Assembly (NCBI GenBank): GCA_044866005.1
Contig: JBIOTN010000067.1
Location: forward strand, 1-64,000
Source: Candidatus Rokuibacteriota bacterium
GTDB taxonomy: Bacteria; Methylomirabilota; Methylomirabilia; Rokubacteriales; DASRDR01
Direction of reading: 5' to 3'
DNA length: 64,000 bases
Both the position numbers and the translations under genes were made by a program. Below are positions 51,550-60,445 of this stretch, in pieces. The notes under the pieces are model-generated. The model did not search any database. It was given only the letters and a program-made list of their open reading frames with translations, and was not told the origin of the DNA. Positions within the stretch are counted from its first letter, which is position 1; each line of letters begins with the position of its first letter.

Positions 51550-51686
51550 ACCAGCTCTGGAGGCTCGGCCGCTGGGCGGCCGCTGGCCTGGTCGTCGCCG
51601 TCGTGGCCAAGGTCAGCCTGGAGATCATGCGCGGCGGCCCGGGCCGCCACAACGTCGAGGCGGTGCGCGACGCGCGCGGCGGATGA
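51546..51686 (+). CDS. Small single-TM peptide
   Basis: 46 aa; start and stop overlap both neighbours (GTGA and ATGA). Confidence 0.45.
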   Translation: MNQLWRLGRWAAAGLVVAVVAKVSLEIMRGGPGRHNVEAVRDARGG

Positions 51687-52267
51687 GGTCGCCGATGCCT
51701 CGCCTCGGAAAGTACGCCATGGTGCTCGTCCCGGCCGTCGGCCTGATCGGGCTCCTCGCCTATGGCTTTAGCCGGGACCCCCGCGACATCCGCTCGCCGC
51801 TCCTCGGGCGCCCCGCCCCGCCGCTGTCGCTGACGCTCTTCGACGGCAGCCGGTTCGTCCTGGCCCAGCAGGCGGACAAGGTCGTCGTCGTGAACTTCTG
51901 GGCGTCCTGGTGCCTGCCGTGCCGGGACGAGGCGCCGCTCCTCGAGGCCGCCTGGGTCGCCTACCGGGAGCGCGGGGTCGTCGTGGTCGGGGTAAACTTT
52001 CAGGACGCGGAGCCCGCCGCGCGCGCCTTCCTCGGTGAGTTCGGCCTGACGTACCCGAACGGGCCCGACGCCGGTGGGCGGATCGCGATCGGCTACGGCG
52101 TCTACGGGATCCCCGAGCTGTTCGTCATCGGGCGGGACGGGCGGATCGCGTACAAGCACATCGGCGCGATCGGGGGGACTGTGCTCGTGGCGAAGGTCGA
52201 AGAGGCCCTCCGCGGCACGGTCAGCGCGAGCGAGGGGCGGAGCGGGCGCTATCAACCGATCCGGTGA
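51683..52267 (+). CDS. TlpA/DsbE (CcmG-like) thiol-disulfide oxidoreductase
   Basis: NFWASWCLPCRDEAP, YGVYGIPE. Confidence 0.9.
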   Translation: MRSPMPRLGKYAMVLVPAVGLIGLLAYGFSRDPRDIRSPLLGRPAPPLSLTLFDGSRFVLAQQADKVVVVNFWASWCLPCRDEAPLLEAAWVAYRERGVVVVGVNFQDAEPAARAFLGEFGLTYPNGPDAGGRIAIGYGVYGIPELFVIGRDGRIAYKHIGAIGGTVLVAKVEEALRGTVSASEGRSGRYQPIR

Positions 52268-52284
52268 CCGAAAGGAGCCACTCG

Positions 52285-52773
52285 GTGTCGCAGGACGATC
52301 GGAACGTCGAGCGATCGCGCATCACGCTGCTGGCCGGAGGCCTCGCCCTGGCGCTCACCCTGGCGACCCGGCGGGAATCTCGCGCGGCGCCAACGCCCTT
52401 TCCCGAGGTCATGGTCTACAAGACCCCGACCTGACGCTGCTGCGACGCGTGGGTGGGGCACCTGCGCCAGCACGGGTTTTCGGTGACGGTCGAGAATCGC
52501 ACGGACCTCCGGCCGATCAAGGCGAAGCACGCGGTGCCGGCCGAGCTCCAGACCTGTCACACGGCGCTCGTCGGCGGCTACGTCGTGGAAGGGCACGTGC
52601 CGGCCGACCTGATCGTCCGCCTGCTCCGCGAGCGGTCGCCGGTGGCCGGCCTCGCCGTCCCCGGGATGCCGGTCGGGTCGCCCGGGATGGAAGTGCCGGG
52701 GAGCCCGGCGGCCAAATATCAGGTCTTCAGCTTCGACCGGAGCGGCAAGACGACGGTGTTCGCGAGCCGGTGA
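52285..52773 (+). CDS. DUF411/CopG-like periplasmic copper protein, putative selenoprotein (URCC, U50)
   Basis: AAAGGAG RBS; VYKTPT-TGA(52432)-RCCDAWVGHL...TCHTA...EGHVP...PGMPVGSPGME. Confidence 0.87.
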
Positions 52774-52779
52774 GACGGC

Positions 52780-53133
52780 ATGGCGGGAGCCGGTCGCCGC
52801 GGCGTGCTGGTCGGTTTCGGTCTCGCGGCCCAGGTCCTGGGCGCGGTGGGCCCCGCCGGGGCGACGCCGCTCCAGAACCTGGCCGACGACCAGGTCGTCC
52901 GGACGATCCGCTACTGCCGCGGCGAGTACCGGCTCACCATGGCGAGCGGCGCGCGCCGGCGCTTCCCCGAGTTCAACCTGCGCTTCAAGACCGATGGCAG
53001 CCGGGAAGGCCCGGAGCGCGGCCGGCCGGTGTTACTGCCGGCCGGGATGCAAGGGGACCGCGGGCAGGTGATCTTCAGCGGCCCGGAGGAGCTCAGGCGC
53101 TTCCTCGTCGAGGGGTGTGACGGCACGCCGTAG
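52780..53133 (+). CDS. Exported hypothetical protein
   Basis: Signal-like N-terminus; IRYC, FPEFNLRFKTD, AGMQGDR; operonic spacing. Confidence 0.6.
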   Translation: MAGAGRRGVLVGFGLAAQVLGAVGPAGATPLQNLADDQVVRTIRYCRGEYRLTMASGARRRFPEFNLRFKTDGSREGPERGRPVLLPAGMQGDRGQVIFSGPEELRRFLVEGCDGTP

Positions 53134-54025
53134 CGGGGGTGCCGCGGCCCTTCTCATCCTTCTGCTGGCCTCCGCGCCGCCGGCGCCGTCCCACGAACTG
53201 CCGACCTTCCCGCGGGTCCGCCTCCTCTCGGCCTCGCCGCATCGGTGGGACCCTGGGATTCGCATCGTGACCGTCGAGGTGCGCGACCCGAGCGGGCGCG
53301 AGCCGGTGGCGGGCGCGGAGGTGGTCGTCTCGGGGCTCGAGCGGGAGCGTGGCTCGGCCGTCCGCCTGCGCGACCACTGGCTCGCGCCGACCCCGCAGGC
53401 CGGCGTCTACCAGGGAGCCGTGGAGTTCCCGGGACCCGGCCTGTGGGACTTGACGGTCACCGTGAAAGGTCGCTACGTCGGCGAGGCGCACTTCACGCTC
53501 GAGGTCACCGGCGCCGGGCCGCGGGCGGCCTCGCGAGGCGGTCAGCCGGAGCTTGCCTTCGGCTGGCAGGGCTGGCGGTTGCTCGTGCTGAACTGGGGCC
53601 ACCTCCTCGGCTTTGGTCTCTGGCTCGGCATCACGGCGCTCGCGCTCGCGCGGCGGGACCCCGCGCCCCGGGCGACGGTGCGCCTGACCTGGCTTGCGCT
53701 CGCCATCGGCGTCGCCACCGGCTTCAACAAGATGGAATACGGGACTCCGTTTCCCCGCGGCCTGCGCCTCCTCGACTGGGACGTGCCGCGGATCTTCTTC
53801 GGCCGGGAGTACCTCTACACCCTGACGGCGAAGCATCTCTTGATCGTCGCGGCCTTCGCCGTGACGGCCTGGATGACGCGCCTCGTCTGGCGCGCCGAGC
53901 CGAGCGCCGCGGGTGGCCGGCGGTTCCGGCAGCTCCTCCTCGTGAACCTGCTGCTCGCCCTGGCCATCGGCGGCGCAGCCGCGATCCTCGGACTGCTCCA
54001 CGCGATCGTTCTCCACTTCGCCTGA
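53117..54025 (+). CDS. YtkA/FixH-like Ig domain fused to a CopD-like four-TM domain
   Basis: GVYQGAVEFPGPGLWDLTVTV; TM helices with His (WGHLL, AKHLL, LLHAIVLH). Confidence 0.6.
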   Translation: MTARRSGGAAALLILLLASAPPAPSHELPTFPRVRLLSASPHRWDPGIRIVTVEVRDPSGREPVAGAEVVVSGLERERGSAVRLRDHWLAPTPQAGVYQGAVEFPGPGLWDLTVTVKGRYVGEAHFTLEVTGAGPRAASRGGQPELAFGWQGWRLLVLNWGHLLGFGLWLGITALALARRDPAPRATVRLTWLALAIGVATGFNKMEYGTPFPRGLRLLDWDVPRIFFGREYLYTLTAKHLLIVAAFAVTAWMTRLVWRAEPSAAGGRRFRQLLLVNLLLALAIGGAAAILGLLHAIVLHFA

Positions 54026-54053
54026 GCCGGCCGGCACGGCGGAATGAATCCTC

Positions 54054-54095
54054 TTGACAGGAGTAGACTGGCAGTCTTTTAATGACCCGAAGTCA
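54054..54095 (+). promoter_or_regulatory. Sigma70-like promoter with TetR-type operator
   Basis: TTGACA-18bp-TTTAAT; AGACTG-g-CAGTCT and TGAC-N5-GTCA dyads; TGAC-N5-GTCA recurs at 54743-54755. Confidence 0.65.
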
Positions 54096-54725
54096 GTGGG
54101 TACGAGAGAGCGCCGGGCCCGTGAGAGAATCGCCCGTCGAGAGACGATCCTCGACGCGGCCCGGGCGATCTTCGCCGATCGGGGCTTGCTGGCGAGCACG
54201 ATCGACGAGATCGCCGAGCGCGCGGAAGTCGCCAAGGGGACGATCTACCTCTACTTCAAGTCCAAGGAGGAGATGCTGATGGCTCTCCTCGAGGAGGCCG
54301 CCACACTGCTCGCCCATCGGATGACGAAGGCCACCGACCTCGCCCGTCCCGCCGACGAGAATCTGCGGCGGATCGCCGAGGTCTACTGCCGCTTTGCCCG
54401 TGAGGAGCCCCAGTACTTCAAGCTCGTCGCTCTCTTCTGCCAGAGCGAGATCAAAGCGAAGGTCGGCGGCGGAGCCATGGCTCCAGGCGGAACGTGCCTC
54501 GAGGGGCTCGCATCGCTCATCGAGAAGGGCATCCACGAAGGGACCTTCGCTCCGTCGACCGATCCCTGGAAAGCCGCCGCCGTGGGATGGGCCTCCACGA
54601 ATGGGATCCTGCTGCTCTTCGAGCAGCATCCCGAGCAAGGCGAGAGGCTACCGGTTGCCGTCGATGATCTCCTGCGGGAGTCGACCGAGCTCTTCATCCG
54701 CGGGTTGAAGGCGGGCAAAGTCTAA
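54096..54725 (+). CDS. TetR/AcrR family regulator
   Basis: ILDAA, TIDEIA, AKGTIYLYFKSKEE. Confidence 0.92.
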   Translation: MGTRERRARERIARRETILDAARAIFADRGLLASTIDEIAERAEVAKGTIYLYFKSKEEMLMALLEEAATLLAHRMTKATDLARPADENLRRIAEVYCRFAREEPQYFKLVALFCQSEIKAKVGGGAMAPGGTCLEGLASLIEKGIHEGTFAPSTDPWKAAAVGWASTNGILLLFEQHPEQGERLPVAVDDLLRESTELFIRGLKAGKV

Positions 54726-54791
54726 ATTTTTTTCCAAGTCGCTGACCGCCGGTCATCGAATGACGAACGGGCCACCGGGGGAGGACGGCGC

Positions 54792-55354
54792 ATGCGACAG
54801 CTGACCTTCATCAGGCCGGGCACGCTCGAGTGGCGCGAGGTCGCCGAGCCTGGACTGGAGGGGCCTCAGGAGGCGATCGTGCGGCCGATCGCGGTCGGGC
54901 GCTGCGACCTGGATGGTGCGATCGTCGGAGGACGCGCCCCCTTCGAGGGCCCCTTTGCAATCGGTCACGAGTTTGTGGCCGAGATCGTCGCGCTCGGAGA
55001 GGGCGTCGCTGGCTTCCAGCCCGGCCAGCGCGTCATCGTCCCGTACCACATTTGCTGCGGGCGCTGCCCGCGCTTCGCTCGCTGGAGCCGGGCGGCGTCT
55101 GCACGAGCGTCGGGATCTACTTCGGTCGCCACGTACGGGTTCCGCTCCTCGAGATGTACGACACCGGGGTGACCTTCAAGACCGGTCGTGCCCACGCGCG
55201 CACGATCGTTCCTCGGGTCCTGGATCTGGTCAGGAGCCGGCGCCTGCAGCCCGACCGTCTGGTGACGCGATGGGCGAGCTGGGACGACGCCCCTGAGGCC
55301 CTCGGCGACCCTTCCGCGAAAGTCGTCGTCCTCGCATCGGAGCCTGACGCATGA
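54792..55354 (+). pseudogene. Zinc-dependent alcohol dehydrogenase with internal deletion
   Basis: CDLD, GHE, ICCGRCPR, then jumps out of frame to the C-terminal LRSLEPGGVCTSVG; Rossmann core absent. Confidence 0.8.
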
Positions 55355-55968
55355 GCCTCTACGCGCGCTACGTCCTGCCCCGCCTCACCGACCTCGTCAT
55401 GCGGAACCGGGCCGACGCGGAGGAGCGGGCCAAGCTGCTGCCGCTCGCCACCGGCGTCGTCGTCGAGGTGGGAATCGGCTCCGCGCTCAACCTTCCCTGC
55501 TACGGGCCGGCCGTCGAGGCGCTCTACGGGGTCGACCCGTCGGTCGCGCTCTGGCGGATCGGGCGGCGCCGGGTGGCGGCCGCGCGGTTCCCCGTCCAGT
55601 TCGTGGCCGGCTCGGCGGAGCGTATCCCGCTCCCGGCGGCGCTCGCCGACACGGTGGTCAGCACGTGGACCTTGTGCACCATTCCCGACCCGCGCGCGGC
55701 GCTGGCGGAGATGCGGCGGGTCCTGAAGCCGGACGGACGCCTGCTCTTCATCGAGCACGGCCGCGCGCCCGACCCCGGCGTCCGGGCCTGGCAGGATCGT
55801 CTCACGCCGGTCTGGAAGCGGGTGGCGGGGGGCTGCCACATGAATCGGCCGATCGACGCGCTGATCGGCGGCGCCGGCTTCGAGTTCGCGAAGATCGAGG
55901 TCGGCTACGCGAGCGGGCCGAAGGTGCTGGCCTATCTCTACCGGGGCGTGGCATGGCGCACGGCATGA
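55351..55968 (+). CDS. Class I SAM-dependent methyltransferase (paralog of 47098-47718)
   Basis: VVEVGIGS, TWTLCTIPD, FIEHG, GGCH. Confidence 0.9.
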   Translation: MSLYARYVLPRLTDLVMRNRADAEERAKLLPLATGVVVEVGIGSALNLPCYGPAVEALYGVDPSVALWRIGRRRVAAARFPVQFVAGSAERIPLPAALADTVVSTWTLCTIPDPRAALAEMRRVLKPDGRLLFIEHGRAPDPGVRAWQDRLTPVWKRVAGGCHMNRPIDALIGGAGFEFAKIEVGYASGPKVLAYLYRGVAWRTA

Positions 55969-55984
55969 GGAGGAGGAGGGGGCC

Positions 55985-57088
55985 ATGACTGTCGCGACGG
56001 CTGTCGAGACCCCGAGAGACCGGGCGCTGACCGCGAGCCGACTCCTGTGGCTGACCCTCGGGCTCGCCCTGATGTCGGACATCGGCGCGCACGTGGACGC
56101 CTGGTACCACGTGCGTTGGGGGTTCGCGGTCGAGTCGTTCTTCACGTGGCCGCACGCGCTCTTCTATGCCGGGCGACTCGGCTTCGGGCTCGCCGCCGCG
56201 CTCGCCTTCGCCGAGGGTCGCCGAGCCGGCGTCCCCACTCGACGCACGCTGTTCGGCGGCTATGGCCTCGTCCTGGGCGGCTCGGTCCTCTTCCTCCTGG
56301 GAGGCATGTTCGACTTCGCGTGGCATGACTGGTTCGGGTTCGAGGCCAACCTGGAGGCGCTCCTGAGCCCCTCGCACCTGTGGCTCGTGACGGCGGATCT
56401 CGTCTCGTACGTGGGGTTGCTCCAGGTTGCCGCGGAGCATCGTGCGCTCGATTCGCCGCGCTACCGGCTCCGCGGAAGCGACCTGCCCGTTCTCCTCGCG
56501 TTCAGCCTCCTCCTCCGTCTGGCGCTGTGGAGCCTTGCCTACGCCGATCCGCTCGCCGTCGATTACGCCTCCCGCGGGATCACGGTCAGCCGGCTCGCCA
56601 GCGGCGCGGGTGCCGCCTGGCCGAGCGCGGCGACGGAGGTGGCCGGGACGACGGGCATCGTCCTGCACGCGGTCCTCCTGGCTCTCTTCCTCGTCGGCCC
56701 GCTTCGACAGCTACGCCTGCCGGTGGGCGCGGTGGCGGGCATGATGCTGTGGAACGCCTGGCTCACGGCCGCCGTCAGCGGCATGTGGCTCTACCTCCCC
56801 GCCGCGGTGAGCGGCGCGGCCGTGGGCGAGCTGCTCTGGCTGTCGCTGTGGCGGGGCGGTCTGGGCGGCCTGAACGCGGAGCGGGGCTACTGGATGCTCG
56901 CTGCCGTCGTGCCCCTCGTGCAGTTCGCCGTGTATTTCGGCCTCATGGCGGCCTTCGGCGGCGGCATCGCCTGGACGACCCACCTCTGGGCCGGGGCGCC
57001 GATCATGGCCGGGTTCTTCGGCCTGATCACGGGGCTGCTCGCCGTGCCGCCGCGGTTCTGCCGGGCGCCCGTCGGCGCGGCGCGATGA
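55985..57088 (+). CDS. Multi-TM hypothetical membrane protein
   Basis: Repeated D-x-W-x-H and P-x-H motifs (DAWYH...TWPH; DFAWH...SPSH). Confidence 0.7.
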   Translation: MTVATAVETPRDRALTASRLLWLTLGLALMSDIGAHVDAWYHVRWGFAVESFFTWPHALFYAGRLGFGLAAALAFAEGRRAGVPTRRTLFGGYGLVLGGSVLFLLGGMFDFAWHDWFGFEANLEALLSPSHLWLVTADLVSYVGLLQVAAEHRALDSPRYRLRGSDLPVLLAFSLLLRLALWSLAYADPLAVDYASRGITVSRLASGAGAAWPSAATEVAGTTGIVLHAVLLALFLVGPLRQLRLPVGAVAGMMLWNAWLTAAVSGMWLYLPAAVSGAAVGELLWLSLWRGGLGGLNAERGYWMLAAVVPLVQFAVYFGLMAAFGGGIAWTTHLWAGAPIMAGFFGLITGLLAVPPRFCRAPVGAAR

Positions 57089-57190
57089 CGCGGCGTGAAC
57101 GCGCCTCATCCCCGCGTCACCGCCACGGTCACGTCGGCGCCGTCGGCCTCGCGGGCAGGTCGGCGGCGCGCGATTCCCTGGCAGACGCGC

Positions 57191-57480
57191 TCAGACCAGC
57201 TCGCGCACCTTGTCGCCGAGGACCGTGAGCGCGATCTGCCCGCGGTTCGGCTCGCCCCGGGCCAGCGATTCGGCGAACTTCGCGCTCTGGCTCAGCGTGA
57301 CCTTCGGCGGCATGGGCGGGGTGAACGGGTCCACGACCGCCTCCACCACGACGGGGCCCGGGGTGGCCAGCGCCTCGTCGAGGACGCGGCCGCCGTGGCG
57401 AACTCGGCCATGAGCATGGAGAAGCCGCCGTCGCCGACGAACGCCACGCACTGGCGGTCGGGGTAGGCGATCTGCGCGCC
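57191..57480 (-). pseudogene. Remnant of a ThDP-dependent pyruvate oxidase/dehydrogenase-like gene
   Basis: GAQIAYPDRQCVAFVGDGGFSMLMAEF joined out of frame to GPVVVEAVVDP...ARGEP; N-terminus missing. Confidence 0.8.
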
Positions 57481-57499
57481 GTCGCTCCTTCGTCTCCGC

Positions 57500-58486
57500 T
57501 CACGCGGCGCGCGCCGCCGGCGTGGCCGGGTCGCGGAACTTCGGAATGATCTCCCGCTCGTAGAACCGAAAGAAGCCGTCCTGATCGGGCCCCACCTGGT
57601 GGATCCAGACGTGGTCGTACCCGGCGTCGGCGTACCGGCGGATGGCGGCGAGGTGCCGCTCGGGGTCCGGCCCGCAGGCCACGGCCTGCGCGACGTCCTC
57701 TTCGCCGACCATCCGGCCGGCCTGCTCGAAGTGCGCCGGGAGGCGGAGCTCGGCGGGCAGCTCGCCCGGCATCGCCGCGAGCGACCACCACTCGTGCGCG
57801 GTCCGCCGCGCCTCCGCCTCGCTCGCCGCCCAGCAGACCGTCGCCTCGCCGTAGCACGGCTTTCCCGCCCCCCCGGCGATCTGGAACGCCCGCACGAGCC
57901 CGGCATCCGGCGTCACGCCGATCAGCCCGTCCCCGATCCGGCCGGCGAGCTCGGCGGCACGGCGCCCGCTCGCCGCCACCAGGATCGGCGGCAACGCCTC
58001 CGGCAGCGTGTAGATGCGCGCCTTCTCCACCGTGTAGTGCCGGCCGCGGTGGCTGTGAACCCCGCCCCGCCAGAGCAGCCGGATGACCGCGATCGCCTCC
58101 TCGAGCATCTCCCGCCGCACCTCGGCGGGCGGCCAGTGCTGCCCCAGGATGTGCTCGTTCAGGTTCTCGCCCGCGCCCACTCCGAAGAGGAACCGCCCCG
58201 GCAACATGGCCGCCGCCGTGGCCGCGGCCTGGGCCGCGAGGGCCGGGTGGAGCCGCATCGTCGGGCAGGTCACCCCGGTGCCGATGCCGAGGCGCCGCGT
58301 GGCCTGGGCCACCGCGCCGATCACGGGCCACACGAACGGACTGTGGCCCTGCCGGTCCACCCAGGGATGGTAGTGGTCGGAGACCATCGCGAAGGCGAAG
58401 CCGACCTCTTCGGCCCGCTGCGCGTGGCGGACCAGGTCGGTCGGGCCGTGCTCTTCGCTCGAGAGCTTGTAGCCGAGCGCGATCAT
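57500..58486 (-). CDS. F420-dependent LLM-class oxidoreductase
   Basis: GYKLSSEEH, SDHYHPW, GVTCP, GAGENLNEH. Confidence 0.88.
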   Translation of the reverse strand: MIALGYKLSSEEHGPTDLVRHAQRAEEVGFAFAMVSDHYHPWVDRQGHSPFVWPVIGAVAQATRRLGIGTGVTCPTMRLHPALAAQAAATAAAMLPGRFLFGVGAGENLNEHILGQHWPPAEVRREMLEEAIAVIRLLWRGGVHSHRGRHYTVEKARIYTLPEALPPILVAASGRRAAELAGRIGDGLIGVTPDAGLVRAFQIAGGAGKPCYGEATVCWAASEAEARRTAHEWWSLAAMPGELPAELRLPAHFEQAGRMVGEEDVAQAVACGPDPERHLAAIRRYADAGYDHVWIHQVGPDQDGFFRFYEREIIPKFRDPATPAARAA

Positions 58487-58662
58487 CAGAAAGACGAAAG
58501 ACCACGCGGTCTTCCCGGGCCCGGGGGTGCAAGGTGGATGCCGGACCCTCGCAGGCGCGAGACGGAGCGCGCTCACCGCGGCCGGGGGAGCGGGGCCGGG
58601 CGGCGGGAGCCGTCGGCTGGGCGGCGGCACGATTGCATGCCCCGAGCGGCAGGAGGTGGACC

Positions 58663-59508
58663 ATGCGACAGAGCGCACACGGCCTCTTGAGCTACACGAT
58701 CGGCGCCACCGACGGCGACATCGGCGGCGTCTACGACCTCTACTTCGACGATCAGCGGTGGACGATCCGCTACCTCGTGGTCGACACCGGCACCTGGCTG
58801 CCGGGACGCCGCGTGCTGATCTCACCGATGGCCGTGCGCGAGCCGAGCTGGAGTGCGCAGCGGCTCGCCGTCGCGCTGACGAAGGCGCAGGTCGAGGGGA
58901 GCCCGTCCTTCGACGCGGCGAAGCCCGTCTCGCGGCAGCACGAGATCGAGTTCGCCGGCTACTACGGCTATCCGCTCTACTGGGCCGGCCCGTACCTCTG
59001 GGGCCCGGTGCCTTACCCGATGCCGGTCGCGGGCCGCGAGGTCGAGCCGGAGACCGCCGAGGCGCTCCGCCGCGAAGGCTGGGCGCAGGTCGGCCCGGAA
59101 CACCGGGAGCGCGGCTCCCTGGCCTCGGGGCGGGTCGAGCGGGAGGAGGGCGACCCGCACCTCCGGAGCGTCCGCGAGGTCCTGGGCTACGCCATCCAGG
59201 CGGCGGACGGCGAGATCGGCCACGTGGAGGACTTCATCCTCGACGACGAGACCTGGACCGTCCGCTATCTGGTCGTGGACACGCGGAACTGGTGGCCGGG
59301 GAAGAAGGTGCTCGTCTCACCCGAGTGGATCGACTACGTGAGCTGGGCCGACTCGAAGGTCCACGTGAACCTCACGCGCCACGAGATCCGGGACGCGCCC
59401 GAGTACGACCCGGCCCGGCCCATCGAGCGGGCGGACGAGAGCCGGCTCTACGAGCATTACCAGCGGCCGAAGTACTGGGAGGCCGGAGACCGCGACCGCG
59501 CCGCCTGA
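58663..59508 (+). CDS. Tandem PRC-barrel domain protein
   Basis: Two copies of DG(D/E)IG...W(T)(I/V)RYLVVDT..W.PG..VL.SP. Confidence 0.88.
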   Translation: MRQSAHGLLSYTIGATDGDIGGVYDLYFDDQRWTIRYLVVDTGTWLPGRRVLISPMAVREPSWSAQRLAVALTKAQVEGSPSFDAAKPVSRQHEIEFAGYYGYPLYWAGPYLWGPVPYPMPVAGREVEPETAEALRREGWAQVGPEHRERGSLASGRVEREEGDPHLRSVREVLGYAIQAADGEIGHVEDFILDDETWTVRYLVVDTRNWWPGKKVLVSPEWIDYVSWADSKVHVNLTRHEIRDAPEYDPARPIERADESRLYEHYQRPKYWEAGDRDRAA

Positions 59509-59510
59509 CT

Positions 59511-59585
59511 GCCGGGCCGATAAGCGTCGCATCTCGGCGTCCGGCATCACGGCCAGGACGCGATCTGCTCGCTTCTCGGCCCGGC
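59511..59585 (+). repeat. Structured intergenic repeat family B, copy 3 (short)
   Basis: gccgggccgataagcgtcgcatctcggcgtcc...ctgctcgcttctcggcccggc. Confidence 0.8.
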
Positions 59586-59615
59586 CAAGCGGCGAGATCG
59601 GCCTGCGACGGGCGC

Positions 59616-60266
59616 TCAGGCTGCGGGGCGGACCGCGGCCTCTTCGTGGAGCCGCCGCTCCACCATCTGCCAGTCGATGTTCCGGAAGAACGCCTGGATG
59701 TACTTGCCGCGCTCCGTCGCCTTGTAGTCCCGCATGAACGCGTGCTCCCAGACGTCCATGACGAGGATCGGCTTGAACCCGGCCGGCACCCCGTCCTGGT
59801 GGAGCGTGATCCAGTGGTCGGTGAGCCGGTCGGTGGCGGGGTCCTGGAAGAGGATCACCCAGCCGACACCGCGCATCTCGCCGATGGCCTGGAAATCCGC
59901 CTTCCACTGCTCCACGGAGGCGAAGGACTGGGTGAGGGCCTGCGCGAGTCCGGACCCCGACGGGGGCTGCGGCTCCGCGGCCGAGCGGAGGTTTTCGAAG
60001 TAGTACTCGTGCAGGATCATCCCGTTGTACTCGAAGCCGAGCCGGCGCGTGAGCTCGGCGAACTCCGGGCTCTTGCCGGAGGCCTGGCCCCGGCCTATTA
60101 GCCCCGCCAGCTCCTCGTTGAGCAGGTTGACCTGCTTCACGTACCCCGCGTAGAGGGCGAGGTGCTCCGCGATCTGTGGGTCGGAGATGCCGTCGAGTTC
60201 CTTCAGGTCGAACTCTTGCGCCTTGTAGCTCTTCGGCTTGTAGGACTTCGCCTGGTACGTCGCCAC
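59616..60266 (-). CDS. Fe/Mn superoxide dismutase family protein
   Basis: EHLALYAGYV, LHEYYFENL, MDVWEHAF. Confidence 0.88.
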   Translation of the reverse strand: MATYQAKSYKPKSYKAQEFDLKELDGISDPQIAEHLALYAGYVKQVNLLNEELAGLIGRGQASGKSPEFAELTRRLGFEYNGMILHEYYFENLRSAAEPQPPSGSGLAQALTQSFASVEQWKADFQAIGEMRGVGWVILFQDPATDRLTDHWITLHQDGVPAGFKPILVMDVWEHAFMRDYKATERGKYIQAFFRNIDWQMVERRLHEEAAVRPAA

Positions 60267-60445
60267 GGCGGAGACTCCTTTCTGCCCTCCTCTCCTCAGT
60301 GTATCCCAATCTCGGTCGGCGGACGCCGTCCGCCGAGCGCGCGGTTGAAAATCGGTCGGGCCGAGCCCATAATAGCGCTCGCTGCGCGCCCCGCGGCGCG
60401 CGCCCGCAACGCGACGTCCCCCCCGAGCGACGAGGAGCACGCAGG

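Noticed and set aside
60270..60445. Glycine riboswitch upstream of gcvT
   Set aside because: Short divergent intergenic region without recognisable aptamer motifs.
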